Source: Oopsacas minuta (taxonomy: Eukaryota; Animalia; Porifera). From it: 31,022 nt of DNA. The DNA is taken from contig JAKMXF010000082.1 of NCBI GenBank assembly GCA_024704765.1, positions 1-31,022 on the forward strand. The letters are read 5' to 3'. Below, one piece after another: positions 10,779-21,467 of the stretch (positions are counted from its first letter, which is position 1; every line of letters begins with the position of its first letter). A program made the position numbers and the translations under genes. The notes beneath the pieces were generated by a model, which saw nothing but the letters and a program-made list of their open reading frames with translations, ran no database searches and was not told the origin of the DNA.

Positions 10779-10863
10779 ATTTAAGGAAGACTAAACTTAG
10801 GGCACAATTACACAGTGCATAGGTTTGTTCAACTTTTGTAGAATATGGGAGGCGCATGCATGT

Positions 10864-10936
10864 GTCAGAATTCTGTAGTATGCATTTGTCAGACAAGGTG
10901 TATACATTCGTCAGAATTCTGTAGCATGCGTTTGTC
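10864..10936. repeat. 27-bp direct repeat, two copies
   Basis: GTCAGAATTCTGTAGTATGCATTTGTC (10864-10890) and GTCAGAATTCTGTAGCATGCGTTTGTC (10910-10936). Confidence 0.8.
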
Positions 10937-10977
10937 CAATTTTAACCAACAACAATTAGGAAGTCAGACATCTAGAT

Positions 10978-11251
10978 AACATTAAGGACCAATGGTGACA
11001 ATAATCTGACGAAAAAGACTCTTCACTAAAGTACGATAGTCAAATACAAATAATCAGCAAAGAGAATCACTAATCTTAACTAATACGATAAAAATATTAT
11101 TTACCGAGTAGATATCTATCCAAATACACAAATCAACAGATATGTGGTGGTCTGAGCTTCGGACAACATCCAAGACCGATACTGACACTAATTCGAAGCA
11201 AAAGCTCTTCACAACAGGAAGAATAGTGAGTAAAATACACATAATCAGCAA
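10978..11251. repeat. old diverged tandem duplication (about 190-bp period)
   Basis: 10978-11060 and 11165-11251 align loosely (AACAT..GACC...TGACA...CTCTTCAC...ATAATCAGCAA). Confidence 0.5.
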
Positions 11252-12021
11252 TTAGAAACATCTGTATAACAAATGCAAGGATTATTGTCTGAGAAACGCA
11301 GCGCTCCCAAATACGGTCTTGATAAATTTACTTGTTGAAAGTCTTTTAGCCTACATATTCAATTGAATTCATATCAATTCATATGGACCCTCACCCTCTG
11401 TCTGTCGACAAAGATTTTCTCATTGGCCGAACATAATCCAAACTAGGCCATGATAATTCGCTTCCGCTCTGCTTGCACATATTACTGACCCTTACTATAT
11501 ATTTCCTGATTCTGATAGCATATATAAATATGTAAAATGATTATAGTTTTGTAGGAGTTACATTGATTACTAATTTACTATATAATTAGTTGTTAGAAGA
11601 TAGAGCGAGCAGTTAGTGGTGAGTGAGCCACAATTGTTCGTATATTCAGATTTTAACAACAAAAATTTGACAGTTAAAAGTGTTAAATAATGTATTTTAT
11701 TAATAGAAATGCAAAGACGAAGTCTCTGCTATTTATTTCCAAAGAATTTAAAATGAAATCAGCCACATCCCGATTTTACCTAAAAGCCCGCTAAATTGGT
11801 ACTTTTTTCTGAAATTTCTCTAGAAATTTGCAAAATTTTATTTCAGATTTGATTTCTTCGATTTTTTAATCAACCAAGATTTTTTTGAATAAATTAGCTA
11901 TAAGTGGGAGTTAATTTTGCCAGAATTAATTGCTATGAATTGAAAAAGTAGCTAAAACCTTTCCGAGTGCCCCCTTAGTCAACAGTACATGCATGAATGC
12001 GGTTAAATCTTATTCCTAATA

Positions 12022-12100
12022 CCATATTTCCCCGAATAGGCGCCGGGGGTTTCATATGAACGAAAAAAATATGCGGCGGTCTATTATAAGTGCCCGTTTT
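12022..12100. mobile_element. degenerate copy of the 79-bp pogo-like MITE at 12230-12308
   Basis: Shares TACCRTATT..CCGAATA.GC..CGGGGGTTTCATATGAACGAAAAAA with the intact copy; right TIR lost. Confidence 0.6.
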
Positions 12101-12229
12101 AATAAACGCTAGGGATTGAAATTGATTGATCAGTAAACGTATACGTATATGGTATATCACAAGTTTGAATGAATGAATAATGTTTACATTGTGATTCTAT
12201 CGATTAAAAAACTGAAAGTAGGCGTAATA

Positions 12230-12308
12230 CCGTATTCCCCGAATAAGCCTCGGGGGTTTCATATGAACGAAAAAATAAGCGCCCCGGCGCTTATTCGGGG
12301 AAATACGG
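12230..12308. mobile_element. 79-bp Tc1/mariner (pogo-like) MITE
   Basis: TA|CCGTATTCCCCGAATAAGC ... GCTTATTCGGGGAAATACGG|TA: near-perfect 19-20-bp TIR with TA TSD. Confidence 0.8.
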
Positions 12309-12465
12309 TAATAGTAGAATATGGAAAATAGACATAATTACAAGTGTTACAAGCCTTATTTAGGTTATTTGAGGTGCAAATTCTTAAAATCTTTCAAAAT
12401 AGGCTTGGGCCCACCAGTCGGTCAAGATTTGGACCGGTTCCATCTCTGATATAGGCTGCAGCGGA

Positions 12466-12608
12466 AGCGAATAATCATAGCTAGTTAAAAATTATTATTA
12501 TCATTTTAACTAGGTTATGATTATTCGCTTGAATATTGTCAGGTAACTCAGTTAGCACTTTGCTTTGCTTTGTTGCAAAGTGTAAACTGAGTTACTTGAC
12601 AATATTCA
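12466..12608. repeat. two abutting fold-back palindromes
   Basis: Hairpin 1 (12466-12529): AGCGAATAATCATAGCTAGTTAAAA vs TTTTAACTAGGTTATGATTATTCGCT. Hairpin 2 (12530-12608): TGAATATTGTCAGGTAACTCAGTTAGCACTTTGC vs GCAAAGTGTAAACTGAGTTACTTGACAATATTCA. Confidence 0.85.
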
Positions 12609-12819
12609 AAATGTTCAGAAATCGAATTATCATATACATTTCCCAAAATTTATTTCATATTAGCGAAATATATTCAATAAATAGACTTCCAAATTTGTAC
12701 TCAGTAAGATAAGAAAAATTGAATCGCATACACAAAGACAACAGTTAAATTTGCTATATTTACATTTTTTCGAGCAAAATTTACGGCATACAAAACTATC
12801 CTCATAATATTACAGAAAT

Positions 12820-12967
12820 TCAACAGTTAAAGAAAAATTTCCTTGCATGTACCTTGAGCCGTGGTTTACTACGATCTCCGTTATAACCTTCATAGATTGG
12901 AGTATAACGGATTGGAGTTATTCTATTCCTTACAAACTGTGTTGAACACTTCCAAACAATATTCAGG
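12820..12967 (-). pseudogene. inverted paralogous fragment of the membrane-protein ORF at about 10507-10640, cut by the N at 12968
   Basis: Reverse complement aligns to 10507-10640; reads LNIVWKCSTQFVRNR/LQSMKVITEIVVNHGSRYMQGNFSLTVEFL* with a 16-nt frameshifting local duplication. Confidence 0.7.
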
Positions 12968-12968
12968 N
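12968..12968. other. single-N scaffold join
   Basis: N base; sequence character changes abruptly across it (pseudogene fragment to open VLIG frame). Confidence 0.8.
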
Positions 12969-12970
12969 CA

Positions 12971-14462
12971 ATTGGAAAGTCATTTTTAGTTGATTTGATA
13001 TTCGATACAGATTTCGTTAAGGGAAGTTCTCAAAATAGTGCCTTTCATTTCAATTCCATTGATATCCAAATGACAAAAAACCTGTTTGGAGAGAGGAATG
13101 ACAAAACAAGTTTAGAATCAACGAAATGGGCATACATAGATTGTCATGGGTATTCTAATTATGATATCATCAAAGTAATTTGTCGACACTTGGACATTGC
13201 TCTAATTCATATCAACCACAAAGATTATCTCAATACCAACAACAAAGGACGGTTGAACAAGGATATTGACCTTCTAACGGAAACTGTAAAACATGTGTAT
13301 TTACTTATTAGAGATTATACAGAATCTGAAGTAAAAATAATTCCGAATACAAGTGGGGATAAATTCCTAACTTCTATTTTCATTCCCAATCTTACCAGTA
13401 AGAACACAAAGATACACTCTGTGACAAAATCATTGAAAAAAATTGGTTATGAGATTTTACATTTGAAGCTTGATCCCTCGAAGAACATCGGAAGCGAGTT
13501 TTTGGAAAAAGTTATGAGCGATCTCAAATATCATTATTTGGAGGAAATTCAAAATGACAAACAATTAATTCAAGTAATAACAAACTACATTGATAAAGTT
13601 GCTCGAACTTCCAATTTAATAGATTTCTCTTTCTTAAACTTCTATCCAATTTTCGTGGAATATATGAGTTCTTATCATAAATGCTCTTATGAGACAGATC
13701 AGAAGATTATCGATCAGCTAAATGCGAAACGAGGGGAACTAGAGGAAAAACTAAAAAATACTAAAATGGGTGATGTTGTCATGCAGTTTAACGAAATATT
13801 AAAACGCAGAAATTCAACACTAATAATATGGAAACTTTCACAAGAATTATCTCTTCTCTCAAAGAAAATCATAAACTGTATGAACCTTACACCCGACAAA
13901 GTTATCGAACAGAAAAATGATAAATACACACTGGAAATCCTCTGGAGGGAATCATTGCTATCCAAAAAATATGGTAATTTAAGCGAAAAAGATAGAAAAA
14001 ATTACGCTCACACATTTGCTGCTAACTTCAGTAATCATGTTGAGAGAGGAGAAGCTTTCGAATTAATCGATGGTGATAATCTCAGGTTTTTTAATCAAGA
14101 TATCAACTCATCATTATATAATTTATACGAGAGACAAAATGCAGAACTTACCAAAATCAATAAAGGTAAAAGTATAAATATGAAACAAGCACCTATCGTA
14201 GTCAGTATTTTTGGGCCACAAAGTTCTGGTAAATCAACTTTGCTAAATTATTGTTTTGGTTGCAAATTCCTAACAAGTGCAGGCAGATGTACGAGGGGAA
14301 TATATGGATCTCTTTCAAGGTTAAGTAGACCAGTTAACAACTCAAGTCATTTCTTAATTCTCGATACAGAAGGTCTTGATGCGATTGAGAGGGGAAATAT
14401 ACAAGACACTTCTCTGATTCATTTTGACAGAACAATGGTTCTGTTCTGTCTATCAGTATCAC
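12971..14462 (+). CDS. partial (both ends gap-truncated) VLIG/GVIN1/URGCP-type GTPase region
   Basis: Uninterrupted frame between two Ns. FELIDGD; PIVVSIFGPQSSGKSTLLN (G1, 14213-14236); AGRCTRG (G2); FLILDTEGL (G3, 14363-14374); FDRTMVLFCL. These match the VLIG-type G domain of the GBP/atlastin-related clade. The ORF-track tail after 14463 is an artefact of the join. Confidence 0.9.
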
Positions 14463-14463
14463 N
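14463..14463. other. single-N scaffold join
   Basis: N base truncating the GTPase domain; followed by non-coding TE-like sequence. Confidence 0.8.
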
Positions 14464-15053
14464 AATAAATTTACAAATGAGAAACTTGAAAATGCGAAAT
14501 TCAGATTCAGCGTATTGTGTTACCCCTGTGTAGCCGTTTAGAGCAAGCCTGTACGTATATTTTGAAATTTGGATAATTTGAGTATTTTGTATTCATAAAA
14601 ACAACAATAAATTTACAAATGATTAATTCAAAAGTGTGAAAATCGGAATCAACATGTTCGATATATTTGGTGAAGTTTTATTGAATTCTAAGTACTTCCT
14701 TGATAAATACGATAAATACATAGTTATATGACAATTTCAAAATTGCATACCGTAAATCCTTTCCTTAACAACGGACAAGCAAACAGACAATCATTGAGAT
14801 TTAATATAGATTCCCATTGTATTTTTGGTGTGGGTTTATATCCAATATGTTAACACCAATAAAAAAGTCTGTCATTTTTCATATGGGTATCTGATATTAT
14901 CTATAGTGTAGGCAGTTTTGTAATTCCCTCAAATTTTTTAGTAGAGGGTGTGTTATAACTTTTTGGAAAGCTTATATTTAAAATTTTTTTCATTTTGTGA
15001 ATTATACGGAGGGAGATGGCAGAAAGGGAGGGTCATGAGTTTCCATAACATCA

Positions 15054-18000
15054 CCTCCCCTCAAAATGATATGGTGACTCTAATCTGAATCTGATTAACC
15101 AAACAGTTTGGCTTCTTCGGGATTCTCGCTTATCGGCGTAAATCTTCACTTTCTCCAGGTTCTTCGGCTACTCTTGTACTGGACTATCCTCCTCATTATT
15201 TTTCGGCATCCGTTAGTATATCGCCATTGACATTTTGAACACTTCTTCCTCCGTCTCTGGAGCAATTTCCACCCTGTTATCAGTAGGTTCAAGGTAGTTA
15301 AGACATACTTTCTCTCCGTTACCCCAGGGCTTGCACCGATTCAGATGCACCCACTTCCTGTACTGGAATCTTGGGGAATTGATTTTGACGTTAGCCCTCT
15401 CCTTTGGATTACCCCCTGAATGGTCCCTTAAAATGTGAATCAAGTGTATTCCACGGTTCTCGTGCCTAACCACCATCCAGTCTTGCGATGGGTGGGCGTG
15501 AATGAGATTTGCTATCGTAAAACTCCTTTGCTCTACCCTGCTTCTTGAATTTTCTTCTCCGATAATTGCCTCCATCTGTCGCCTCCGTATCAATTCTCCA
15601 AGGTGCTCGGGATGATCTGAGGATACGCCCATAAGTGAGTTCCTGTTAACTCACTGTTGTGCTCGAACTGGGAAAAGAGTTACTGATAAATCTGATCTCA
15701 CTGTATGTAACAGAGGCCAGTGAGCTTTGGGCAGACTCCAATCTACCAGCAGGCACCTCATGATCTGCTTGGCCTGCCCGATTGCTCTCTCGGTCGTTCC
15801 GTTCGTTCCTTTCCGGATGGTAGGCTGACGAATGTTTCTTACAGATGTATACACGTCGCACAGTTAGTGGAGAACTTCACCATCCACATTTTTTTCCTGG
15901 TCGCTCATCAACACCCTAGGCACTCCATGTCTGTACACCTATTTCGAGAGGAATGCCTTCTTCATGGACTCCGCCGTTTGATCCCACATCGGGATTTTTT
16001 CGATCCATTTTGAAACGTGTCCACTACTAAGAGGAAGTATTTATAGTCTTCTTAACTCCATGGCAGGGTGGCAAAGTCTAGAGCGACTGTGTGCTCAGAA
16101 CTAATCGGTGGGTTCTTAATCAGTTCTAAGGGTTCTCTAGCCTGCAAGTTAGGCTTGGCCTTCGCACACCATGCAAACCCGCAGTAATTGCTGATATCCT
16201 GATTCATACCAATCCACAAGTAATCGACCTGTTTTTCTCCCCCAAAGTGGTCTGTACTATGTGCTTTCCCCATTATTTCGCTGTGTAATGTTTATGGCGT
16301 CACAATTCTGGCTCCTTTGCATATTAATTCGTCTTCGATATGCTGACCATTAACTTTCTTGTATTGTCCTGCGGTGACTAATACTGTTTCACTGAGCTGA
16401 GCCCTAACTAAGTAGAGTGCGCCATCCGCGTTCTCTGCATTCTTTACTTTCTCTAACCAACCCTTCGCGACTGTAACTACGTAAATAAAGTCCTCGAACG
16501 AACTCTCTTCGTTCACCCCATTGTCGTAATCCATTACTGACGCTATGCTCGAAGGGGCGACTCAGACAGTCTGCCACACAATTGTCTCGTTCCCTGCGAT
16601 ATCTAATTTGACAGTCAAGATCTTCTAATTCCATAATCCACCTTGCAAATATATATCGGGCGTCAGGCTGTCGCCTGAGCCAGGCGACCGAATTGTGATC
16701 TGTCAGCACTATAACCCAGTAGCACCCTTGAGGTAGTCGGACCACTTCCGAGTTGCATCCACTATGGTCATGTTTCTCTTTGCCCGGCGCTATGCTTCAT
16801 CTGGGCCTCGTTCAGTGCCGATGAAAAGTAATTGATTGGTTGTACTACCCCTGTAGTTGGGCCGTGCTGAGAGAGGACCGCTACGGTAGTGAGGTTGCTA
16901 ATCTGCCTCCACTATGAATTGTGGCACTCACCTGGCGTAGCCTAGTACGGCCGGATCGGTAGCCAGGGTTTCTCGGAGCGAGTCAAAAGCAAGTTGGCAA
17001 TCCGTTGTGCAACTCCATGGAGTGTCTGTGTCAGTCTATTCAGTGGTTCGGCCGTCGCGGCTATGTTGCGTATACAGGACCTATAATAATTGATTGTCCC
17101 TAAAAAACGCTGGAGTCCCTTGATCTCGTTGGATCGGGGAAATTCCGAATCTTCGCGACAAGATCTGGATTCGGTTGATGCCCATCTCTTATTACTAAGT
17201 GTACAAGAAACCTTCCCTCCCAATACCTGAAGCTGCACTTCTCTATGCGGAGCTGTATGTTAGCTGGCTTGAATCCATGGAGGACTGTGCGTAGAACGTT
17301 CAAGTGTTTCCTAAAACTCCTTGAGTACACCAGGCAGTCATCGATAAATGACTCTGTATTTGGGGCACTCGCAAGGGCTTGATCCATGACACATTGATAA
17401 GTGACCGGTGCATTACACAGCCCAAAGGGCATTACTAACATTTCGAAATGGACTCGATAAGTGCTGAAAGCAGTCTTTTCAATGTCTTCCTTACGCACTG
17501 GTTCGCACCTGTAGGGGTCCCTGAAAGGTTGTCGACCTTCCACGCTATCTTTTCGCTCCTGCTTGTCCGCGCCCGAACTCATAAGTATTCACTCCTTGTT
17601 CCTCGTTGTTTTCTTCGCTCGTCTCCATACTGAGAACTCCGGGCTTTTCCTTTTCCGTTTCAAATGTCTTTGAAGCATTAATTACCGAAACCTTATCAAA
17701 GTAGCGATATCCCAAGTCGGTTGCTGTCCGTTAACCAATCTCTGACTTTGACCAAGAGTTCTCTGCCAGTTACCTCCGTTACTTCCTCTCTGCCGGTGAT
17801 CCATGATTTGGCCTTGCCCTGGACTTCCTTCTGAAGTTGTGCAGTTGCGTTCACGCATGCAGTTCTAAGGGGGTAGCTTGCTCTCTTGGCTTGTTTATAC
17901 ATTGCGGCGAGAAAGTCGTCCACTTGTTCTCCCTGCCGCCATGACATCGCGTGGAATCTTTTAGTTGCTTCGTATTCGTCCACTGGAGGGTCGAGTGGTT

Positions 18001-18238
18001 TCCTTGAGCAACTTGAATCCGCTATCTAGACTGTCGCACTTCACTGCTTCTTTTGAAACTCGACTAGCTCAACTAGCCTTTGGCACACGAACGCGGGTAA
18101 CATACTAACTGCGGTCTTTACCCCAGCCTAACCTTGTGCTATGATGTGGCCTACCGCAGCTCTGAAAAGGGGTCCCAGTCCTCGATTCGATCTGTCTCGC
18201 TTAGTGGTGCGATTGGAATTCAAAAGATACTGATACCA
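15054..18238 (-). mobile_element. decayed, internally deleted Ty3/Gypsy LTR retrotransposon (gag, RT, RNase H, integrase)
   Basis: Minus-strand order gag-like (about 18200-17696), RT (EDIEKTAF..MPFGLCNAP..FIDDCLVYS, 17582-17100), RNase H (LTDHNSVAWL..ARW..N.VAD.LSR, 16745-16404), integrase Zn-binding/core (16273-15651) and C-terminus (15632-15213). PBS-like TGGTATCAG directly after ..CACA (18238-18230); PPT-like GAGGGGAGG (15062-15054) followed by TG. Many stops and frameshifts. Confidence 0.9.
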
Positions 18239-18829
18239 TGTGAGAGACCCTAATGTATCAGCTGATCTCATGATGTAGGGGAAATTAAGTCATAAAAAGC
18301 TGCTATATAACCGAAAATACTTGTCCGATCGCCTAGCTTTTTATCATCTACTTAAACCACTTAGCTAGTTGATCACTGATAATTTGAAATGATTCCAAAA
18401 ATTGAGATTTGAGGTGACTATGACTGGCAGATTTGTGCCACTTTTGAGGGCACAATCAAAAATTGCAATATTATAAGATATATTTGATCATTTTCCAAAG
18501 TATAAAAAGCAAAACTGTGGGTCACGGTGTCTTCTTGCAGAAAAATAGGTTTGAAAGGAATCAGACCCTTTCACATTCAGCAAGTGAGTCGATTGTCTCC
18601 CCGGCGCTGCAAATTGTGGCCTGCCTTTCTGCCATCTTCCTTCGTTAATTCACAAAAATGAAAACTCGTAACATATTTTTCAGGTTCCGCAAGACATAAG
18701 CATTCCAAAAAGCTATTACATGCCTTTCTACTAAAATTATGGGCAGAAACAGCAATTTGGTACAAATCCGACCACACTACTATAGGAGCTGCACTCAAAA
18801 TATATTTTTAAATAAATTTACGATTAGCA

Positions 18830-19257
18830 ATGGCTTGTAAAAATGAAGAAGGGAAAGTGAATCAGGATAGAAGTAATCTAAAGATTGTGACTGAAGAAAC
18901 TATCTCAGAACAAAACACAAACATTAAGAATGAGGAAAAATTTTTCCCAGAACAAAGCACCAGAATTTTCAGTGGGGAAACGAACATTCCAGAACAAAAC
19001 ACCAGCACTACCACTGAAGAAACAAATGTCGCAGGACAAAACACCAGCATTACCACTGAAGAAATAAATATCGCAGGACAAAACACCAGCATTACCACTG
19101 ATGAAACAAATATCGCAAAACAAAACGCCAGCATTACCACTGATGAAACAAATATCGCAGAACAAAACACCAGCATTACCACTGATGAAACAAATATCAC
19201 AGAACAAAACACCAGCATTACCACTGATGAAACAAATATCGCAAAACAAAACACCAG
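18830..19257 (+). CDS. ORF containing a 14-aa Thr/Asn/Glu-rich tandem repeat, truncated at the gap
   Basis: ATG at 18830; repeats NTSITTDETNIAEQ; runs into N at 19258. No recognisable domain; expression unknown. Confidence 0.5.
18890..19257. repeat. 42-bp minisatellite (about 9 units, six well conserved)
   Basis: Consensus ACCACTGATGAAACAAATATCGCAGAACAAAACACCAGCATT; units diverge toward the left and are most uniform next to the N. Confidence 0.9.
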
Positions 19258-19258
19258 N
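19258..19258. other. single-N scaffold join
   Basis: N base at the end of the tandem array. Confidence 0.8.
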
Positions 19259-19289
19259 TGTGAAACTTATGATAGCTACAGAATATTTA

Positions 19290-19392
19290 TTAATATCATG
19301 AGTTATTGACTTTGAATTAACTAAAATGCACTTCTTATTTATCCCTGGTCCAAAAATAAGTGTAGTTTCCAGTCATTATATTACGTAGTTCA
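19290..19392 (-). repeat. dispersed repeat, near-identical inverted copy of 30920-31022
   Basis: About 103 bp differing by one substitution and one 1-nt indel from the reverse complement of the window's right end. Confidence 0.9.
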
Positions 19393-19604
19393 GGATTCAA
19401 CCAACAACCTTAGGACATATTATAAAAATCAAATATCGGTGAAAAAAGGGTCGTTGGAGCAAGTGGCTATACATATTGACTTAAAGATCTCTCGTTCAAG
19501 GACATTTACATTTGAATTTATAAATGGGGAAGGGGAGAGGGGGTTATCAGGAGATTAGCCAGCACGACCTCCCCACTTATAAAGGTTCTACTGTACGTAC
19601 GTAC

Positions 19605-19959
19605 CTTCATGATAAATCAGGTTAGAATGAGTATACTTGTTAGAAACTAATGGAGGGGATGAATTGTTTAGAGTTGAATTATAATCAAAGTTAGTTTCAA
19701 TTTGATTTTTAGAGAAGTAAGGATCTTCAAATGGTTGTAAGTTATCAATAGGTTCTTGAGTATGCAGTATATGTTCTTCTAACAATGAAAAACTATTGGT
19801 TGGTTGGTATTTTCGAGAGGATTGAGAGAACAAATTCTCGTTGCTGTAAATTCCATCTGTAATCTGTAAATTCTCATTCACAGAGAATAAATTTCCCTTA
19901 CCTCCAATAGTTTTAGAACTATTTTGATACTCCCCAGGGGGCAAGTAGGTAGGTAGCAT
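19605..19959 (-). CDS. probable first coding exon of an unidentified gene (low-complexity N/S-rich)
   Basis: ATG at 19959 (context CACAATG), 118 codons + 1 nt, then donor GAAG|GTACGT. A pogo-like MITE end (TACAGTAGAACC) follows in the putative intron. Downstream exons not found before the gap. Confidence 0.4.
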
Positions 19960-20940
19960 TGTGAGGTAAGACTCCTAAGTAATTATTAACTAGGTAAAGA
20001 GGGTAAAGTATACATGAAACCAGTTGTTACAAATAAGAGATAAAAATTAGCGCTTCCAATTACACTCAGATTCCGAAAAATATTTTGCTTGGCATGAACT
20101 ATGTACATAGTTGGAGCCTACGTATCCGGGACTGTCCGTAACCAGGGGTGTAGTACAGGGGGAGCGGCGTTCCCTTACTTACTTGCAAAGAGATACTGCG
20201 TTTCGATATTTTGACGGGTACAGCCAAGAAAGTTTTGGTCCAGACCAAGGTACCAATATTGCAAGCCTGAGAAATTTGTCGTTCCGAAAATCAGTGATTT
20301 CTTTTGAACGGAGATACCTATTCTTTTACCGGCATATTTGCCAACCTGAATGAAGGAAAAAAAGCAGGCGAGACATCGTGGAACATAGCATATTTGCATT
20401 AGGCTATACCAGTGATTCTCAACGGGGTCTACTTAGCCCCCTTGGGAGGAATTTCAAGTCCATGTGGAAGAATTTTGGCCAGGGGAGGAAATGGGGAGGA
20501 TTATGTTTAAGGAATATCCACCAGGCTCTTGGGTCACTGACTACTCAAAATCGGTTCACCTAGTCAAATTAATTTCGACTTGACCTTATTCAGAACTTGG
20601 ACAAATATGTATATTATCTAACTAAATATTATTGATCAAACACATCCAAACAAAAGAAGTATTCTGAATATAATAATACTGGTTCGATGACATTATTCAC
20701 TGTTCAGTTTGTTGATATCAAATATCATATTTTACGCATTATAAGTTATATATTTTGGATAGTTATATGTAGTTCTATTCAAAATGGCAAAACGAAATTT
20801 TCCATTGTTTGTTTGGTAGACTAACTGAAAAATTAATCATTACTATTACAAAAATTAAGGTATAATGATGATTCAAAGAAAGGGAGCCGGAGGCTATGGA
20901 AGAACTTGGGGGTTGCTAAGGGAGGAATGCGATGTCGGAC

Positions 20941-20954
20941 GTTGAGAAACACTG
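20941..20954. mobile_element. hAT (Charlie-like) terminal sequence, isolated
   Basis: GTTGAGAAACACTG, reverse complement CAGTGTTTCTCAAC; no partner TIR or TSD found. Confidence 0.35.
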
Positions 20955-21467
20955 GGCTATACAATAAAAAAGCGGGACAATTAAGGTTTAGTCTTGGCTG
21001 GACATTAGCCTTATTGGCAGTCCACACATATCCAGGCCGAGAAATCGGGATGTCCTGCCAACCAACGGAACAGTTGGCAAGTATGGTAACGTTTGAACGA
21101 CTTCATATACAGGATGCAATTTAGTCGCAAGCAAAATATTCAATGCAATGTTGCACTGTATATTTAGTGTTGCAGACAGGATAATAATAACCAGCGAATT
21201 ACCTGCAGGAAAATACACTGAATAGCAAACAAATGAAAATGAAAGTGTAGAGTTACAAGCGTGTGTAACCTAAATATCAGTACGCGCATTCAAATGGTAG
21301 TTGTAATGTATAAATTAATAGAAATTGACTATAGAAAGTAATACAATTTTTCCCATAGGATTTGGCTTAGGAAGTAAATCAATTTTCATCCGATTCTGGA
21401 GTTCTTTAGCTCTATCAGCTTCTCCCAACGAGTTCTTGAACGGTGCATACAGGGATTTTTCACCACA

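Noticed and set aside
12458-12469. tRNA-iMet (GCAGCGGAAGCG matches its D-arm)
   Set aside because: Only 12 nt match; no acceptor, anticodon or T arms; it is part of a fold-back repeat.
14463-14533. C-terminus of the 512-aa GTPase ORF (XINLQMRNL...)
   Set aside because: Read-through across an N join into unrelated TE-like DNA.
14950-18450. Paired LTRs of the first Gypsy element
   Set aside because: Sequence left of the PPT (ending 15053) and right of the PBS (from 18239) do not match each other.
18890-19257. CRISPR array
   Set aside because: Units are contiguous 42-bp tandem repeats without unique spacers; no cas genes.
18862-19301. Overlapping ORFs 18862-19254(-), 18905-19249(-) and 19101-19301(+)
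   Set aside because: By-products of a stop-free tandem repeat whose length is a multiple of 3.
20111-21218. Cluster of 60-80-aa ORFs
   Set aside because: No recognisable motifs; region contains hAT-like and other MITE fragments.
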